In this document: positions 1 to 9,529 of the stretch, piece by piece | How positions within the stretch are numbered: the first letter of the stretch is position 1 | Layout: each line of letters opens with the position of its first letter | Source of the DNA: Longimicrobiales bacterium | GTDB lineage: Bacteria; Gemmatimonadota; Gemmatimonadetes; Longimicrobiales; Gaopeijiaceae | DNA length: 64,000 nucleotides | Reading direction: 5' to 3' | Assembly: GCA_965248195.1 (NCBI GenBank) | Contig: CBDFIQ010000001.1 | Span: 480,001 to 544,000 of the forward strand | Position numbers and translations under genes: made by a program | The notes under the pieces: generated by a model | Told to the model about the DNA's origin: nothing | Databases searched by the model: none | What the model saw: only the letters and a program-made list of their open reading frames with translations

Positions 1-776
1 GTAGACTCGATAAACATCCCCGTGAGACCGTAGTTCGCGAGGAATATCCAGCCGCTCCACTTCGCAAATTGGTTCTCAAGGTCGGCCAATCGTGGGGATA
101 CGGATTCTGCAATATGGAGCTCACTCGAAAGGCGCTCGCGAACGGCCGAATAGCACTCCAGCAACCCGCCTCGGTTCGCACCCTCTAGCAAACCAACAAA
201 CGGGGCGAGCTTCGCCTTGATAAGGGGGATGTTGAGATCCTTGCCAAAGATCAGGTTCTTACCCGGCAACGGTAGGATATAGGAGCCGTTCCGCTCCTCC
301 CATTCGTAAGACTCCAAGTGCTTCGCATCGGAAGGGGCCCAATCCTGAACTTTCACTTCATTGCTAAGCAACAGAACCATAAGGAGATGCTCAAAGAAAT
401 TCGCCGCCATAGGTTGTCCAGCTGCACTCAGAACGGATTGGGGTGAATCAGCCGTGTCCAAGAGGCCTGTCGCATAATCCAGCAGGCTAAGTACCTCGGG
501 GCCCATGTTGAGAAGAGTCTTCGCGTCATCTGCTGCCCTATTCACCTCGCTGAGAGGCGACGTAGCGGCTAGGCGATGGATGTACCAAGACTCGGTGAGC
601 CGATTCACGACTAGATCCTCGACATCTACGACGGACGCGTGGGCGAAGGCGTTCCCCCAAGATTGAAGAACCGCGTGAGGGCGAGCGCGCCTTCGGTAAC
701 TTTGATAAAAGAACCCGACCACACCCGAGACGAGGGCAATGACCAACTCTGGTAAGATGCTCACGAAGAATTCCAT
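1..776 (-). CDS. Hypothetical protein with N-terminal TM helix, runs off the window; probable cassette ORF
   Basis: Manual translation MEFFVSILPELVIALVSGVVGFFYQ is open to base 1; GGAGGAGG RBS; starts just after a GTTAGCT core; visibly lower GC. Confidence 0.75.
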   Translation of the reverse strand, partial: MEFFVSILPELVIALVSGVVGFFYQSYRRRARPHAVLQSWGNAFAHASVVDVEDLVVNRLTESWYIHRLAATSPLSEVNRAADDAKTLLNMGPEVLSLLDYATGLLDTADSPQSVLSAAGQPMAANFFEHLLMVLLLSNEVKVQDWAPSDAKHLESYEWEERNGSYILPLPGKNLIFGKDLNIPLIKAKLAPFVGLLEGANRGGLLECYSAVRERLSSELHIAESVSPRLADLENQFAKWSGWIFLANYGLTGMFIES

Positions 777-802
777 TCAGGCCTCCTCCATGTTGGCGCG
801 CC

Positions 803-886
803 AGCTAACTCCCTTTGCTTAAACGCTTCCGACGGCCCGCTTGCCAAAGCCTCGGACGCGCTACGACTGAACAGAATGAGTTGGTA
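803..886 (-). repeat. Possible attC site of a different sequence family
   Basis: Plus strand AGCTAACTC...GAGTTGGTA imperfect inverted ends directly upstream of the 1-776 ORF; internal pairing is weak. Confidence 0.4.
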
Positions 887-1368
887 AGTCGGCTCCGCGC
901 CAGACCTTGGGATCGATCCAGCGGGCATCCTGCCCGAGGGATCGGGTTCTTCTCTGTTCCTAGCCGGTTGGGGAGCCTTTCTCCCCTAGGTGTGGGTCCT
1001 GGGTAGGTGAGCGATCTCGAAGGCGCTCTCACGCGATTCCATCCATCTGGTGGTGAGGCGTTGAAACATGAAAAGTGGCCACTATCTATGTTTCCACCCC
1101 TCGGACCATGATTGCACGGAGCTTCTGGACGGAGAGTTCGAGGAACTTCAGGAGCTTGAAATGCGGCTCTTCAGCAGACTCGATCACCTAGTCGGTGCTG
1201 CACTTCAAAGTTTATCCTCAATCCCGCCCGCCGTCGGATCACGAGAGAGCTTGGCACCTCGCGATTCGACCACGACTCCCTGGGCCACGTCCCGCGAGAT
1301 CGTCGACAAGCGCTTGGTATAGCCAGTCGGATTCCCCCTCAACCCCTATCGCCTCGCGGCGCAGAGCA

Positions 1369-1491
1369 TGAATCACCCCGGGTTTGCCGGAGACTCCATC
1401 AGTTGAGAGGATGGAGTCATGAAAAGGAAAGGACAGTACTCCCCAGAGGTACGGGAGCGAGCCGTTCGGATGGTTTTCGAGCACGAGCCTC
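1369..1491 (+). mobile_element. IS3-family (IS51-group-like) left end and orfA stub, truncated by the next IS
   Basis: TGAATCACCCCGGGTTTGCCGGAGACT terminal IR; ORF from 1419 MKRKGQYSPEVRERAVRMVFEHE is typical of OrfA. Confidence 0.75.
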
Positions 1492-1530
1492 GGAACCTGT
1501 CAACGACAATGGGACACTCTACGGGATTAA

Positions 1531-2538
1531 TTAGAGAGCAATATCCTGTGTGGTGAGGGAAGGGATGGGAGGATTGATGTAGACGGCCTCCGGGAGCGGT
1601 TTGGGCTTCGGCACACCTGTGACGAAGCGTTCGGGATGAGCGGCCCATGCTTCGCGGAGCACGGATTTCCTGCCGGCAATGACCTGATCGGCGTTCCCGA
1701 AGTGGACCTGCTCGGGGGTTAGCATCGAGATACCGCCATGGCGGTGCTCGGCATTGTACCAGCGGAAGAACGATCGACACAACGTCTTGGCCTGGCCCTG
1801 ATCCCCGAACCGCCCGGGAAACGAGGGATGGTACTTCAAGGTTTTGAACTGAGCCTCGGAAAACGGGTTGTCATCCGACACCTGAGGCCGGCTCAACGAG
1901 CGAGTCACGCCGAGGTCAGCGAGAAGTTGAGCGGTGCATTGGCTCGTCATTGGAGCTCCCCGATCCGAGTGCAGGGTCAGGACCCGGGGCTGGACGCCAT
2001 GCTTCAGGCAGCTCTGCTGGATCAACCGGCCGGCCAGGGCCGAGTTCTCCCGGTCCGCCACCATCCAGCCCACGACGTAGCGGCTGTAGATGTCCATGAT
2101 GACGTAGAGGTAGTAATAGCTCCACTTCTTCGGCCCGAGTAGCCGCGTGATATCCCAGGACCACACCTGGTTCGGCGCCGTGGCCATCAACTCGGGCTTC
2201 TTGTACTCGGGATGGGTGCGCTGCGCCCGGCGTTCCTGAACCGGCACCTCGGAGGCCAGAACACGATACATCGTGCGTTCGCTGCACAGGTAGACCTCTT
2301 CGTCGAGCAGCGTGGCCACCACCTCGGCGGGTGAGCGGTCCACGAACCGCTCCGAACACAGCGTGTCGAAGACCTCGCCTCGTTCCGTCTCGCTCAATGC
2401 CCGGGCGGGCGTCGGGCGGGGCTGCCGTTGCCCGGTCGATGGGCCTCGACGACGGTAGAACGTCGATCGGGAGACCTCGAGAGCCGCGCACGCCGGTTTT
2501 ACACCGACGTGCTTAGCCAGCTCATCGGCCGCCTTCAA
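1531..2538 (-). CDS. IS3-family transposase OrfB (rve DDE)
   Basis: WSWDIT, LHSDRG, DNPFSEAQFKTLK motifs. Confidence 0.9.
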   Translation of the reverse strand: MKAADELAKHVGVKPACAALEVSRSTFYRRRGPSTGQRQPRPTPARALSETERGEVFDTLCSERFVDRSPAEVVATLLDEEVYLCSERTMYRVLASEVPVQERRAQRTHPEYKKPELMATAPNQVWSWDITRLLGPKKWSYYYLYVIMDIYSRYVVGWMVADRENSALAGRLIQQSCLKHGVQPRVLTLHSDRGAPMTSQCTAQLLADLGVTRSLSRPQVSDDNPFSEAQFKTLKYHPSFPGRFGDQGQAKTLCRSFFRWYNAEHRHGGISMLTPEQVHFGNADQVIAGRKSVLREAWAAHPERFVTGVPKPKPLPEAVYINPPIPSLTTQDIAL

Positions 2539-2984
2539 GAGTTCGTCCCGTCGTCGAGGCTTATCCCCAGCAGCCCCGCAACTTTTCCCTGCACGTCGAT
2601 GATCAGGTGTGCCTTCCTGAGCTCATTCTCGAGCCGTGCGTTTTGCCGCTCCAGCTTGCGTACCTTCTCATCCAGCGGATTCCGCTCCGGCTTGCGGCCG
2701 CGTTTCTTCGACAGGGCCTTCAGCGACCCGCTATGCGCCGCCTTGCGCCACGTCGTCAGGTGCGACGAGTACAGGCCCTCGCGCCGCAGGAGCTGACCCA
2801 CCTCGCCGGGCTCGGTGCACCGGTCCGCTTCTTCGACGATCCGCAGCTTGTACGATGGACTGAACCGCCGGCGTAGCGGCCTATCTACTACCTCCGGGTC
2901 CGCAGGAGCTGCCGCGCTTCGCTTGGCCTCCCCGATTCCAGGGGCACTACCATTCTCTTCCATTCTCTCTCGCAGTCCCAACAT
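2535..2984 (-). CDS. IS3-family transposase OrfA (HTH and coiled coil)
   Basis: RRRFSPSYKLRIV...LRREGLYSSHLTTWR; 4-bp overlap with orfB. Confidence 0.85.
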   Translation of the reverse strand: MLGLRERMEENGSAPGIGEAKRSAAAPADPEVVDRPLRRRFSPSYKLRIVEEADRCTEPGEVGQLLRREGLYSSHLTTWRKAAHSGSLKALSKKRGRKPERNPLDEKVRKLERQNARLENELRKAHLIIDVQGKVAGLLGISLDDGTNS

Positions 2985-3024
2985 GTTCGTTTTCTCTGCC
3001 TTCGCCCTACTCTAATTCTTTGCG

Positions 3025-4400
3025 GGTAGTGTCCCTAGATTTGTGTAAAAGCGGATAAGCTGGACAGGAGGGAAAGAAAAACGGAAGCTCCTCTGTTGTT
3101 GTTCACTGTCACATGAACCCGGGAGTCCGGGTCTGCAGAGCAGGCTCGGAACCGGAGAGGAGCTTCCGATGCAAGAGATTGTGGAGATCGGTCGGGCCAC
3201 GCAAGACGAGCTACGCGATGATTTGCGCGAGCTGTTTCAAGGCGCGATCCGGCTGACGCTCGAGATGGTGCTGGAAGAGGAGCTGAAGGCCATGGTAGGT
3301 GCACGCCGCTTCGAGCGGGTGGGAAGCCGGAAGGACCATAGGAACGGCACATACCTGAGGCGGCTGCTGACGAGCCTGGGGCAGATCGAGGTCGCCATGC
3401 CCCGGAGCCGGGACAACGGTTCGCCGGCCGACGTGATCGGCCGCTACCAGCGCAGGAGCCCCGAGCTCGACGAGATGATGGTCGAGGCGTATGTGAGCGG
3501 CGTGTCACAGCGCAAGATGGGCGACGTCACCGAGGCGCTGATGGGCGAGCGTGTTGGGCGCTCGACGGTGAGTCGTGTGGCAAAACGGCTCGACGAGGCC
3601 GTGGAAGGGCTGCGCCGTGCGCCGATCGAGGGGCCTCACCCCTATCTGTACCTGGACGCCACGTTCTTGGACGCCCGCTGGGCCCGCAAAGTCGAGAACG
3701 TGAGTGCGCTCGTGGCGTATGCAGTGGGCCCTGAGGGTCACCGACGGCTCCTGGCCGTCACGCTGGGCGCTGAGGAGTCGCAGCAGAGCTGGTCGGAGCT
3801 CCTCGAGCAACTCCAGGACCGCGGCCTCGGCGGTGTCGAGCTCGTGATCGCCGATGAGCACGCAGGCCTGGCAGCTGCGGTCCGCCGCTTCCTGCCCGAG
3901 GCACGCCGTCAGAGGTGTACGGTCCATCTGCAGCGTAATGTGGGGGCGAGGGTCCCCCACCGCCTACGCAAGCGCGTGGCGCGTGAGGTCTCGGTGATCT
4001 TCCAGACATCCGGACTCGCCGAGGCGAAGAAGCTCCTGGGCGAGTTCGGCGCACGCTGGAAGAAGGAGCTGCCCGAGGCCGTGGAGGTCCTGGAGCGGGG
4101 CTTCGGGGCAGCGACGCAGTTCTACGCGTTCCCCGAGGCGCACTGGCCCCGGCTGCGTACCACCAACAGCCTCGAGCGGCTGCACGGCGAGATCAAACGC
4201 AGGATCAAGGCCGCCGGCGCCTTCCCGGACCGGGCCAGCGCCCTCAGGCTCATCACGGCCGTCGCACTCAGGACCACACACGTCTGGGGCGACCGGCGTT
4301 ACCTCGACCTCTCACTCCTCCAGAAACAGGAGGTCGCCCAAGCAGCCTAGCCGAAGGCGAGGAGCTTCCTCCGCTTTTACACACAAATCGGGACTTGACC
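3025..4400 (+). mobile_element. IS256-family element, 1376 bp
   Basis: Imperfect IRs GGTAGTGTCCCTAGATTTGTGTAAAAGCGG and GGTCAAGTCCCGATTTGTGTGTAAAAGCGG; same element at 10011 and 23514. Confidence 0.95.
3169..4350 (+). CDS. IS256-family (Mutator) transposase, 393 aa
   Basis: RNG, YLYLDA, VIADEHAGL, QRCTVH, RTTNSLERLHGEIKRR motifs. Confidence 0.95.
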   Translation: MQEIVEIGRATQDELRDDLRELFQGAIRLTLEMVLEEELKAMVGARRFERVGSRKDHRNGTYLRRLLTSLGQIEVAMPRSRDNGSPADVIGRYQRRSPELDEMMVEAYVSGVSQRKMGDVTEALMGERVGRSTVSRVAKRLDEAVEGLRRAPIEGPHPYLYLDATFLDARWARKVENVSALVAYAVGPEGHRRLLAVTLGAEESQQSWSELLEQLQDRGLGGVELVIADEHAGLAAAVRRFLPEARRQRCTVHLQRNVGARVPHRLRKRVAREVSVIFQTSGLAEAKKLLGEFGARWKKELPEAVEVLERGFGAATQFYAFPEAHWPRLRTTNSLERLHGEIKRRIKAAGAFPDRASALRLITAVALRTTHVWGDRRYLDLSLLQKQEVAQAA

Positions 4401-5332
4401 GGGACCCTCGCCCCCACATTACGCTGCAGATGGACCGTACACCTCTGACGGCGTGCCTCGGGCAGGAAGCGGCGGACCGCAGCTGCCAGGCCTGCGTGCT
4501 CATCGGCGATCACGAGCTCGACACCGCCGAGGCCGCGGTCCTGGAGTTGCTCGAGGAGCTCCGACCAGCTCTGCTGCGACTCCTCAGCGCCCAGCGTGAC
4601 GGCCAGGAGCCGTCGGTGACCCTCAGGGCCCACTGCATACGCCACGAGCGCACTCACGTTCTCGACTTTGCGGGCCCAGCGGGCGTCCAAGAACGTGGCG
4701 TCCAGGTACAGATAGGGGTGAGGCCCCTCGATCGGCGCACGGCGCAGCCCTTCCACGGCCTCGTCGAGCCGTTTTGCCACACGACTCACCGTCGAGCGCC
4801 CAACACGCTCGCCCATCAGCGCCTCGGTGACGTCGCCCATCTTGCGCTGTGACACGCCGCTCACATACGCCTCGACCATCATCTCGTCGAGCTCGGGGCT
4901 CCTGCGCTGGTAGCGGCCGATCACGTCGGCCGGCGAACCGTTGTCCCGGCTCCGGGGCATGGCGACCTCGATCTGCCCCAGGCTCGTCAGCAGCCGCCTC
5001 AGGTATGTGCCGTTCCTATGGTCCTTCCGGCTTCCCACCCGCTCGAAGCGGCGTGCACCTACCATGGCCTTCAGCTCCTCTTCCAGCACCATCTCGAGCG
5101 TCAGCCGGATCGCGCCTTGAAACAGCTCGCGCAAATCATCGCGTAGCTCGTCTTGCGTGGCCCGACCGATCTCCACAATCTCTTGCATCGGAAGCTCCTC
5201 TCCGGTTCCGAGCCTGCTCTGCAGACCCGGACTCCCGGGTTCATGTGACAGTGAACAACAACAGAGGAGCTTCCGTTTTTCTTTCCCTCCTGTCCGGCTT
5301 ATCCGCTTTTACACAAATCTAGGGACACTACC
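4401..5332 (-). mobile_element. Inverted 5' part of an IS256 copy (transposase truncated, ATG at 5188)
   Basis: Reverse complement of the left end through GAGGGTCCC. Confidence 0.9.
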
Positions 5333-5785
5333 GAGGGTCCCCCACCGCCTACGCAAGCGCGTGGCGCGTGAGGTCTCGGTGATCTTCCAGACATCCGGAC
5401 TCGCCGAGGCGAAGAAGCTCCTGGGCGAGTTCGGCGCACGCTGGAAGAAGGAGCTGCCCGAGGCCGTGGAGGTCCTGGAGCGGGGCTTCGGGGCAGCGAC
5501 GCAGTTCTACGCGTTCCCCGAGGCGCACTGGCCCCGGCTGCGTACCACCAACAGCCTCGAGCGGCTGCACGGCGAGATCAAACGCAGGATCAAGGCCGCC
5601 GGCGCCTTCCCGGACCGGGCCAGCGCCCTCAGGCTCATCACGGCCGTCGCACTCAGGACCACACACGTCTGGGGCGACCGGCGTTACCTCGACCTCTCAC
5701 TCCTCCAGAAACAGGAGGTCGCCCAAGCAGCCTAGCCGAAGGCGAGGAGCTTCCTCCGCTTTTACACACAAATCGGGACTTGACC
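5333..5785 (+). mobile_element. 3' part of an IS256 copy with right IR
   Basis: Starts GAGGGTCCC, encodes RVPHRL...AQAA, ends GGGACTTGACC. Confidence 0.9.
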
Positions 5786-6534
5786 GTTGTTACTGCTACC
5801 CACTCACCGTCCAGGATGGCTTCAGTCGTTATCTGCTCGCCTGCCAGGGGCTCGAGGGCACCACCTACTCCGCCTCCCGTCGCGTCTTTACTCGCCTTTT
5901 CCGTGAGTTCGGCCTGCCCCAGCGCATCCGCACCGACAACGGGACACCCTTCGCTTCCATTGCTCTCGGCCGCCTCTCCCGACTCTCCGTCTGGTGGATC
6001 AAGCTCGGTATCCTGCCCGACCTCATCGAGCCCGCCTCACCCCAACAGAACGGCCGTCACGAACGCATGCACAAAGACCTCAAGGCCGAGGCCACCATCC
6101 CGCCTGCCGGAAACCGTTCCGCCCAGCAGAAGCGCTTCAACTTCTTCCGCACCGACTTCAACCAGATCCGTCCTCACGAAGCCCTAGGCCAGAAGCCGCC
6201 TGCTTCCGCATATCAACCCTCCACCCGCTCGTTCCCGACGAAGCTGAGCACACCCGACTACCCTGCTCACTTCGAAGTCCGCAAAGTCTCAACAAACGGA
6301 GGTATCCGATGGCACTCCGTCTGGATCAACGTCTCTCACCTGCTCGGTGGAGACTACATCGGTCTCGAAGAGATCGACCACGACATCTGGGCCGTCTACT
6401 TTGGCCCCGTCTCGCTCGGCTGGCTGCACATAAGAAAAGGTGCCATCCTCGACCACAATGGCTCCTCTTCTCGTAACCCAAAACTGTAACCCATCAAGGT
6501 TCAGTTTTTGTTACCCATCAGGGTTCGGGCTCAG
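5786..6534 (+). mobile_element. IS481-family element, 3' fragment (transposase remnant to 6489 plus right end)
   Basis: Frame reads PLTVQDGFSRY...IRTDNGTPF...PQQNGRHERMH; tandem TGTWACCCATCA end repeats mirror the left end at 22967. Confidence 0.85.
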
Positions 6535-6564
6535 CGGCCGACTAAATTTTAAAGTAATTACGAT

Positions 6565-6834
6565 GTGCTTACGGGAGGTACGGAGTTGAAAGCCAAGATC
6601 GTTCGAATTGGAAACTCACGCGGCGTCCGAATTCCGAAACCTCTGCTTGAGGAGGCAGGGCTAGAGGAGCAGGTGCACCTGAGAGTCGTCGAAGGCGGAA
6701 TAATGATCGAGTCAGAGAGGGCTCCCAGAGCTGGATGGGCCGATGCCGCGGCTCTAGCGAACGAGCGTGGCGATGACACGTTCGTCGATGATGCGGTCCC
6801 GACCCGATTCGATGAGACCGATTGGGAATGGTAG
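6565..6834 (+). CDS. AbrB/MazE-family antitoxin (start may be TTG 6586)
   Basis: IVRIGNSRGVRIPKPLL motif; overlaps the toxin gene. Confidence 0.9.
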   Translation: MLTGGTELKAKIVRIGNSRGVRIPKPLLEEAGLEEQVHLRVVEGGIMIESERAPRAGWADAAALANERGDDTFVDDAVPTRFDETDWEW

Positions 6835-7166
6835 CAGGGGAAGCGGCGGTTCGCCGTGGAGACGTCTTCGTTGTGGCCCTGGATCCCACCGTCGGGAGGG
6901 AGATCAAGAAGACTCGCCCGTGCGTTGTGCTTTCTCCGGACGAACTGAATCGACACCTCAACACCGTCGTTGTGGCTCCCATGACAACCGGCGGGCACCC
7001 CTATCCGTTTCGAATCGCTTGCCGTTTCCAGAAGCGAGACGGATTCGTGGTGCTAGATCAGCTGAGGGCCGTCGACACACATCGGCTGACACGCAAACTT
7101 GGACGCCTCAGCCCTCGGGCGACCGCGAGCTCGCTCAGTGTTTTGCGGGAGATGTTCGCCGATTGA
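6828..7166 (+). CDS. PemK/MazF-family endoribonuclease toxin
   Basis: RRGDVFVVALDPTVGREIKKTRPCVVLSPD, DQLRAVD motifs. Confidence 0.92.
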   Translation: MVAGEAAVRRGDVFVVALDPTVGREIKKTRPCVVLSPDELNRHLNTVVVAPMTTGGHPYPFRIACRFQKRDGFVVLDQLRAVDTHRLTRKLGRLSPRATASSLSVLREMFAD

Positions 7167-7177
7167 TTCTGAAGGCT

Positions 7178-7279
7178 GCCTAACGTCTCGCGATTCTACT
7201 GCGCGGCCAATCTGGTCACCGAGCGCGGAACGCGCGAGCCCCCCGCTCCTGCCGCGACTGTAGCAATCGCTTGCTATGC
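7178..7279 (-). repeat. attC site 1 (empty; inverse core mutated)
   Basis: GCCTAAC...GCAATCGCTTGCTATGC; same family as other attC sites. Confidence 0.85.
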
Positions 7280-7338
7280 GGCTCCCTGGGTGGGACTGAG
7301 ACCGTTGTGGCATCCGAGCCCACATGTATCGCGCTTCC

Positions 7339-7905
7339 CTACCTCCTTACCTCGTGGCGGAGTGCCACCATCCCGCTTGTGTACGCCTTCACCTCCACGA
7401 GGTGCAGGGCGACATCCTTGTCGAGCCCGTCGAAGAATGGAATTCCTTCACCGATCAGTATGGGCATGATCGAATAGCGAACTTCGTCAGCCAGTCCGAG
7501 CCGAAGGCATTCACCCGAGACGGCGCCCCCTCCGACGAACCAAATGCTGCAGAAGGTTGGTTTCAGCCGCTCATTCACGAAGTGCGCGAGTTCGCCCGAG
7601 TAGAACTCGACCGTATCCCTCGTCTTCGGCAAGTCGCGACGGGTCAGGACGAAGGTCGGCTTGTCGCCATAGGACCAGCCGAACCCCCTGGCCTCGAAGT
7701 CCAATGCTGTCTCATAGGTTCGCGAGCCCATGACGTAGCAGTCGATCGTCTTGAGGAACTCCTGCGTGACCTCCGGATCCAGGATGTCCCCGTCCTCGAA
7801 CTCGTCTGACGTTTCAAGCCAGTCGACGCGCCCGTCCTTTCGGGCGATGAACCCGTCGAGGCTCGCCACCATGTGGATGGTTACGCAGGACTCTGTGCTC
7901 GCCAT
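7339..7905 (-). CDS. Dihydrofolate reductase/RibD C-terminal family protein (cassette)
   Basis: ASLDGFIA, MGSRTYE, VGGG, PILIGEGIPFF; GGAGG RBS before ATG 7905. Confidence 0.9.
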   Translation of the reverse strand: MASTESCVTIHMVASLDGFIARKDGRVDWLETSDEFEDGDILDPEVTQEFLKTIDCYVMGSRTYETALDFEARGFGWSYGDKPTFVLTRRDLPKTRDTVEFYSGELAHFVNERLKPTFCSIWFVGGGAVSGECLRLGLADEVRYSIMPILIGEGIPFFDGLDKDVALHLVEVKAYTSGMVALRHEVRR

Positions 7906-7981
7906 GGTCACGCCTCCGCGTTTGGGTGTGAGAGCGGCCAAGGCCCTGAACGACGCCACACGACAGCTGCCGGGGGGAGCC

Positions 7982-8082
7982 GCCTAACGTCTCTGCAATT
8001 CTGCTGCGCGCCTAATGTGGTGACCGCAAGCGAAGCGCGCGAGCCTGTTGCCTGCCGCGACTGCAGCAAACGCTTGTTAGGT
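7982..8082 (-). repeat. attC site 2 (empty)
   Basis: GCCTAAC...GTTAGGT 101-bp imperfect palindrome. Confidence 0.92.
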
Positions 8083-8091
8083 AGCCGATCG

Positions 8092-8352
8092 CTATCTGTA
8101 GATGTCGCGTCGATGGCCGATCTTGACCACCGTGACGACGCGCTCATTATCGTCGACCACGTAGAGAATCCGGAACTGGCCCTGGCGGACTCGGTAACGA
8201 TCCTGGCCCGTGAGTTTCTCGCACCCCTGAGGACGCGGATCGACCTTCAGAGTGGAGATCTTGTCGACGATGCGAGTGCGGTCCGATTTACGGCCTACTG
8301 CTTCGAGCTCTTTGGCCGCGGAAGGCTTGATGAAAAGCTCATAGCTTTCCAC
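8092..8352 (-). CDS. RelE/ParE-family toxin
   Basis: PRPQGCEKL, YRVRQGQFRILY, IGHRRDIY. Confidence 0.92.
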   Translation of the reverse strand: MESYELFIKPSAAKELEAVGRKSDRTRIVDKISTLKVDPRPQGCEKLTGQDRYRVRQGQFRILYVVDDNERVVTVVKIGHRRDIYR

Positions 8353-8572
8353 TGCGCCTCAAGTCCTTGACGACGCTCTCGAACGAGAGGTTGGGTTCAG
8401 AGGTTCTGGATTCGAACGCCTCCAAATCGGTGACGTCTTCCGAGAGGCTCTCGCGAACCGCCAAGTTGACGAGTTCCGAGAAGCTTCGATCGGTCTCTGC
8501 CGCCTTGAGGCGGAGGGCGCGATGAATCGACCCGTCGAAATAGACCGTGGTGCGGCGTGTATCCTCGCTCAT
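8339..8572 (-). CDS. Ribbon-helix-helix (CopG-like) antitoxin
   Basis: RTTVYFDGSIHRALRLKAAETDRSFSELVN; overlaps the toxin gene. Confidence 0.85.
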   Translation of the reverse strand: MSEDTRRTTVYFDGSIHRALRLKAAETDRSFSELVNLAVRESLSEDVTDLEAFESRTSEPNLSFESVVKDLRRSGKL

Positions 8573-8578
8573 GCTCGC

Positions 8579-8607
8579 AATATGACCATATAACGTCATA
8601 GCGTCAA
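8579..8607 (-). promoter_or_regulatory. Sigma70-type promoter with operator palindrome for the TA cassette
   Basis: TTGACG-17 nt-CATATT, 6 nt before the ATG; TATGAC-N8-GTCATA palindrome at 8581-8600. Confidence 0.7.
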
Positions 8608-8621
8608 GACGTCACACGGCT

Positions 8622-8678
8622 ACCTAACGGATCTGCGATTCTGCTGAACGGCTAATGTGGTGACCGCAAGCGCAGCGT
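8622..8678 (-). repeat. attC site 3 (half site, other arm missing)
   Basis: ACCTAACGGATCTGCGATTCTGCTG...CCGCAAGCGCAGCG, then similarity stops. Confidence 0.75.
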
Positions 8679-8716
8679 CGACCGCCCGAGATCCTGAGGG
8701 ACTTCTCCGGTTACGA

Positions 8717-9007
8717 CTATTCGGACCTACCCCGCGTTGAGATGACCCAGGCCACCAAGCCGAGAACGAGAAGGAGAACGTTCACCAAGACGAAGGACGC
8801 GCCGACCTTTTCCAGATAGGTCGGGTCCGTCGAGAAGAAGTGCGCGGGGCTCCACGTCGATCCGGTCTTGGTCGGAGTGAGGGGCATGACGACCGCGATC
8901 CCCAGAGCGATTGATTGAGTCACCAAAACGCCTGCGAGCCAATCGGGGAGACGATTCTGCGGATCCTTGCTGGGAGGCCTGCTGCCTTCGCGACCGGAAC
9001 GTGTCAT
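8717..9007 (-). CDS. Small two-TM membrane protein (cassette)
   Basis: Two hydrophobic segments; fills the space between attC sites. Confidence 0.7.
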   Translation of the reverse strand: MTRSGREGSRPPSKDPQNRLPDWLAGVLVTQSIALGIAVVMPLTPTKTGSTWSPAHFFSTDPTYLEKVGASFVLVNVLLLVLGLVAWVISTRGRSE

Positions 9008-9059
9008 CTCACCTTCACTCCAATGGAACTCGGCCGGGAGAACCAAGGAAAGACTCGCC

Positions 9060-9160
9060 GTCTAACGTCTCTGCGATTCTGCTGCGCGCCAAAGATGCCC
9101 TCCGCAAGCGAAGCGCACGAGCCTGATGCATACCGCGAATGCAGCAATCGCTTGTTAGGC
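9060..9160 (-). repeat. attC site 4 (empty)
   Basis: GTCTAAC...GTTAGGC, 101 bp; stop codon of the 9155-9529 ORF lies in the inverse core. Confidence 0.92.
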
Positions 9161-9529
9161 GTCATCACGCCTCGGCGACCTTAGCGAGATGATCAGGGCG
9201 GCCACCGCGCACAGAAGCGCGGCCCCTGGGACCAGCAAGAGCGGACGGGGAGCGCCCAGGGAAGCGCCGCTGATCAGCTGGGCTCCTACCACGCCTATTG
9301 AGAGGACGCCAGCGGCCCACACTAGGGATGGGGACCTTCCGAGTCTCTTAACAAGGAGGACCAAGGTGATTCCAGCCACGATGAGATTGAGGCCGATCCA
9401 TCGGGCCCAGGTGGCAAGCACTGGATCAAACCGGGCCAGATCCATTCCCTGCAGCGTCTCCGCCACCCACGGGAAGTCCACGACCTGATCGATCGTTAGG
9501 TTGAACGTTCCGATGCCGATACACCACAC
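9155..9529 (-). CDS. Four-TM membrane protein (cassette; start uncertain)
   Basis: Hydrophobic ORF ending at TAA within attC. Confidence 0.7.
   Translation of the reverse strand: MWCIGIGTFNLTIDQVVDFPWVAETLQGMDLARFDPVLATWARWIGLNLIVAGITLVLLVKRLGRSPSLVWAAGVLSIGVVGAQLISGASLGAPRPLLLVPGAALLCAVAALIISLRSPRRDDA

Larger units (their letters stand above)
1492..3024 (-). mobile_element. IS3-like element copy 1; 33 bp lost at the orfA-proximal end at an IS256 junction
   Basis: Matches 13038-14603 and 21104-22669 up to the IS256 left end at 3025. Confidence 0.9.

Noticed and set aside
887..1368. Short ORFs such as 1068-1322
   Set aside because: No recognisable motif; probably a cassette remnant cut by the IS3 stub
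5157..5735. 192-aa ORF as a separate gene
   Set aside because: Chimera of an antisense IS256 left end and the transposase C-terminus
7339..7905. Calling the DHFR-like cassette dfr, or the MBL and serine hydrolases beta-lactamases
   Set aside because: Motifs fit the broad RibD-C, RNase Z-like and esterase-like families; resistance cannot be inferred
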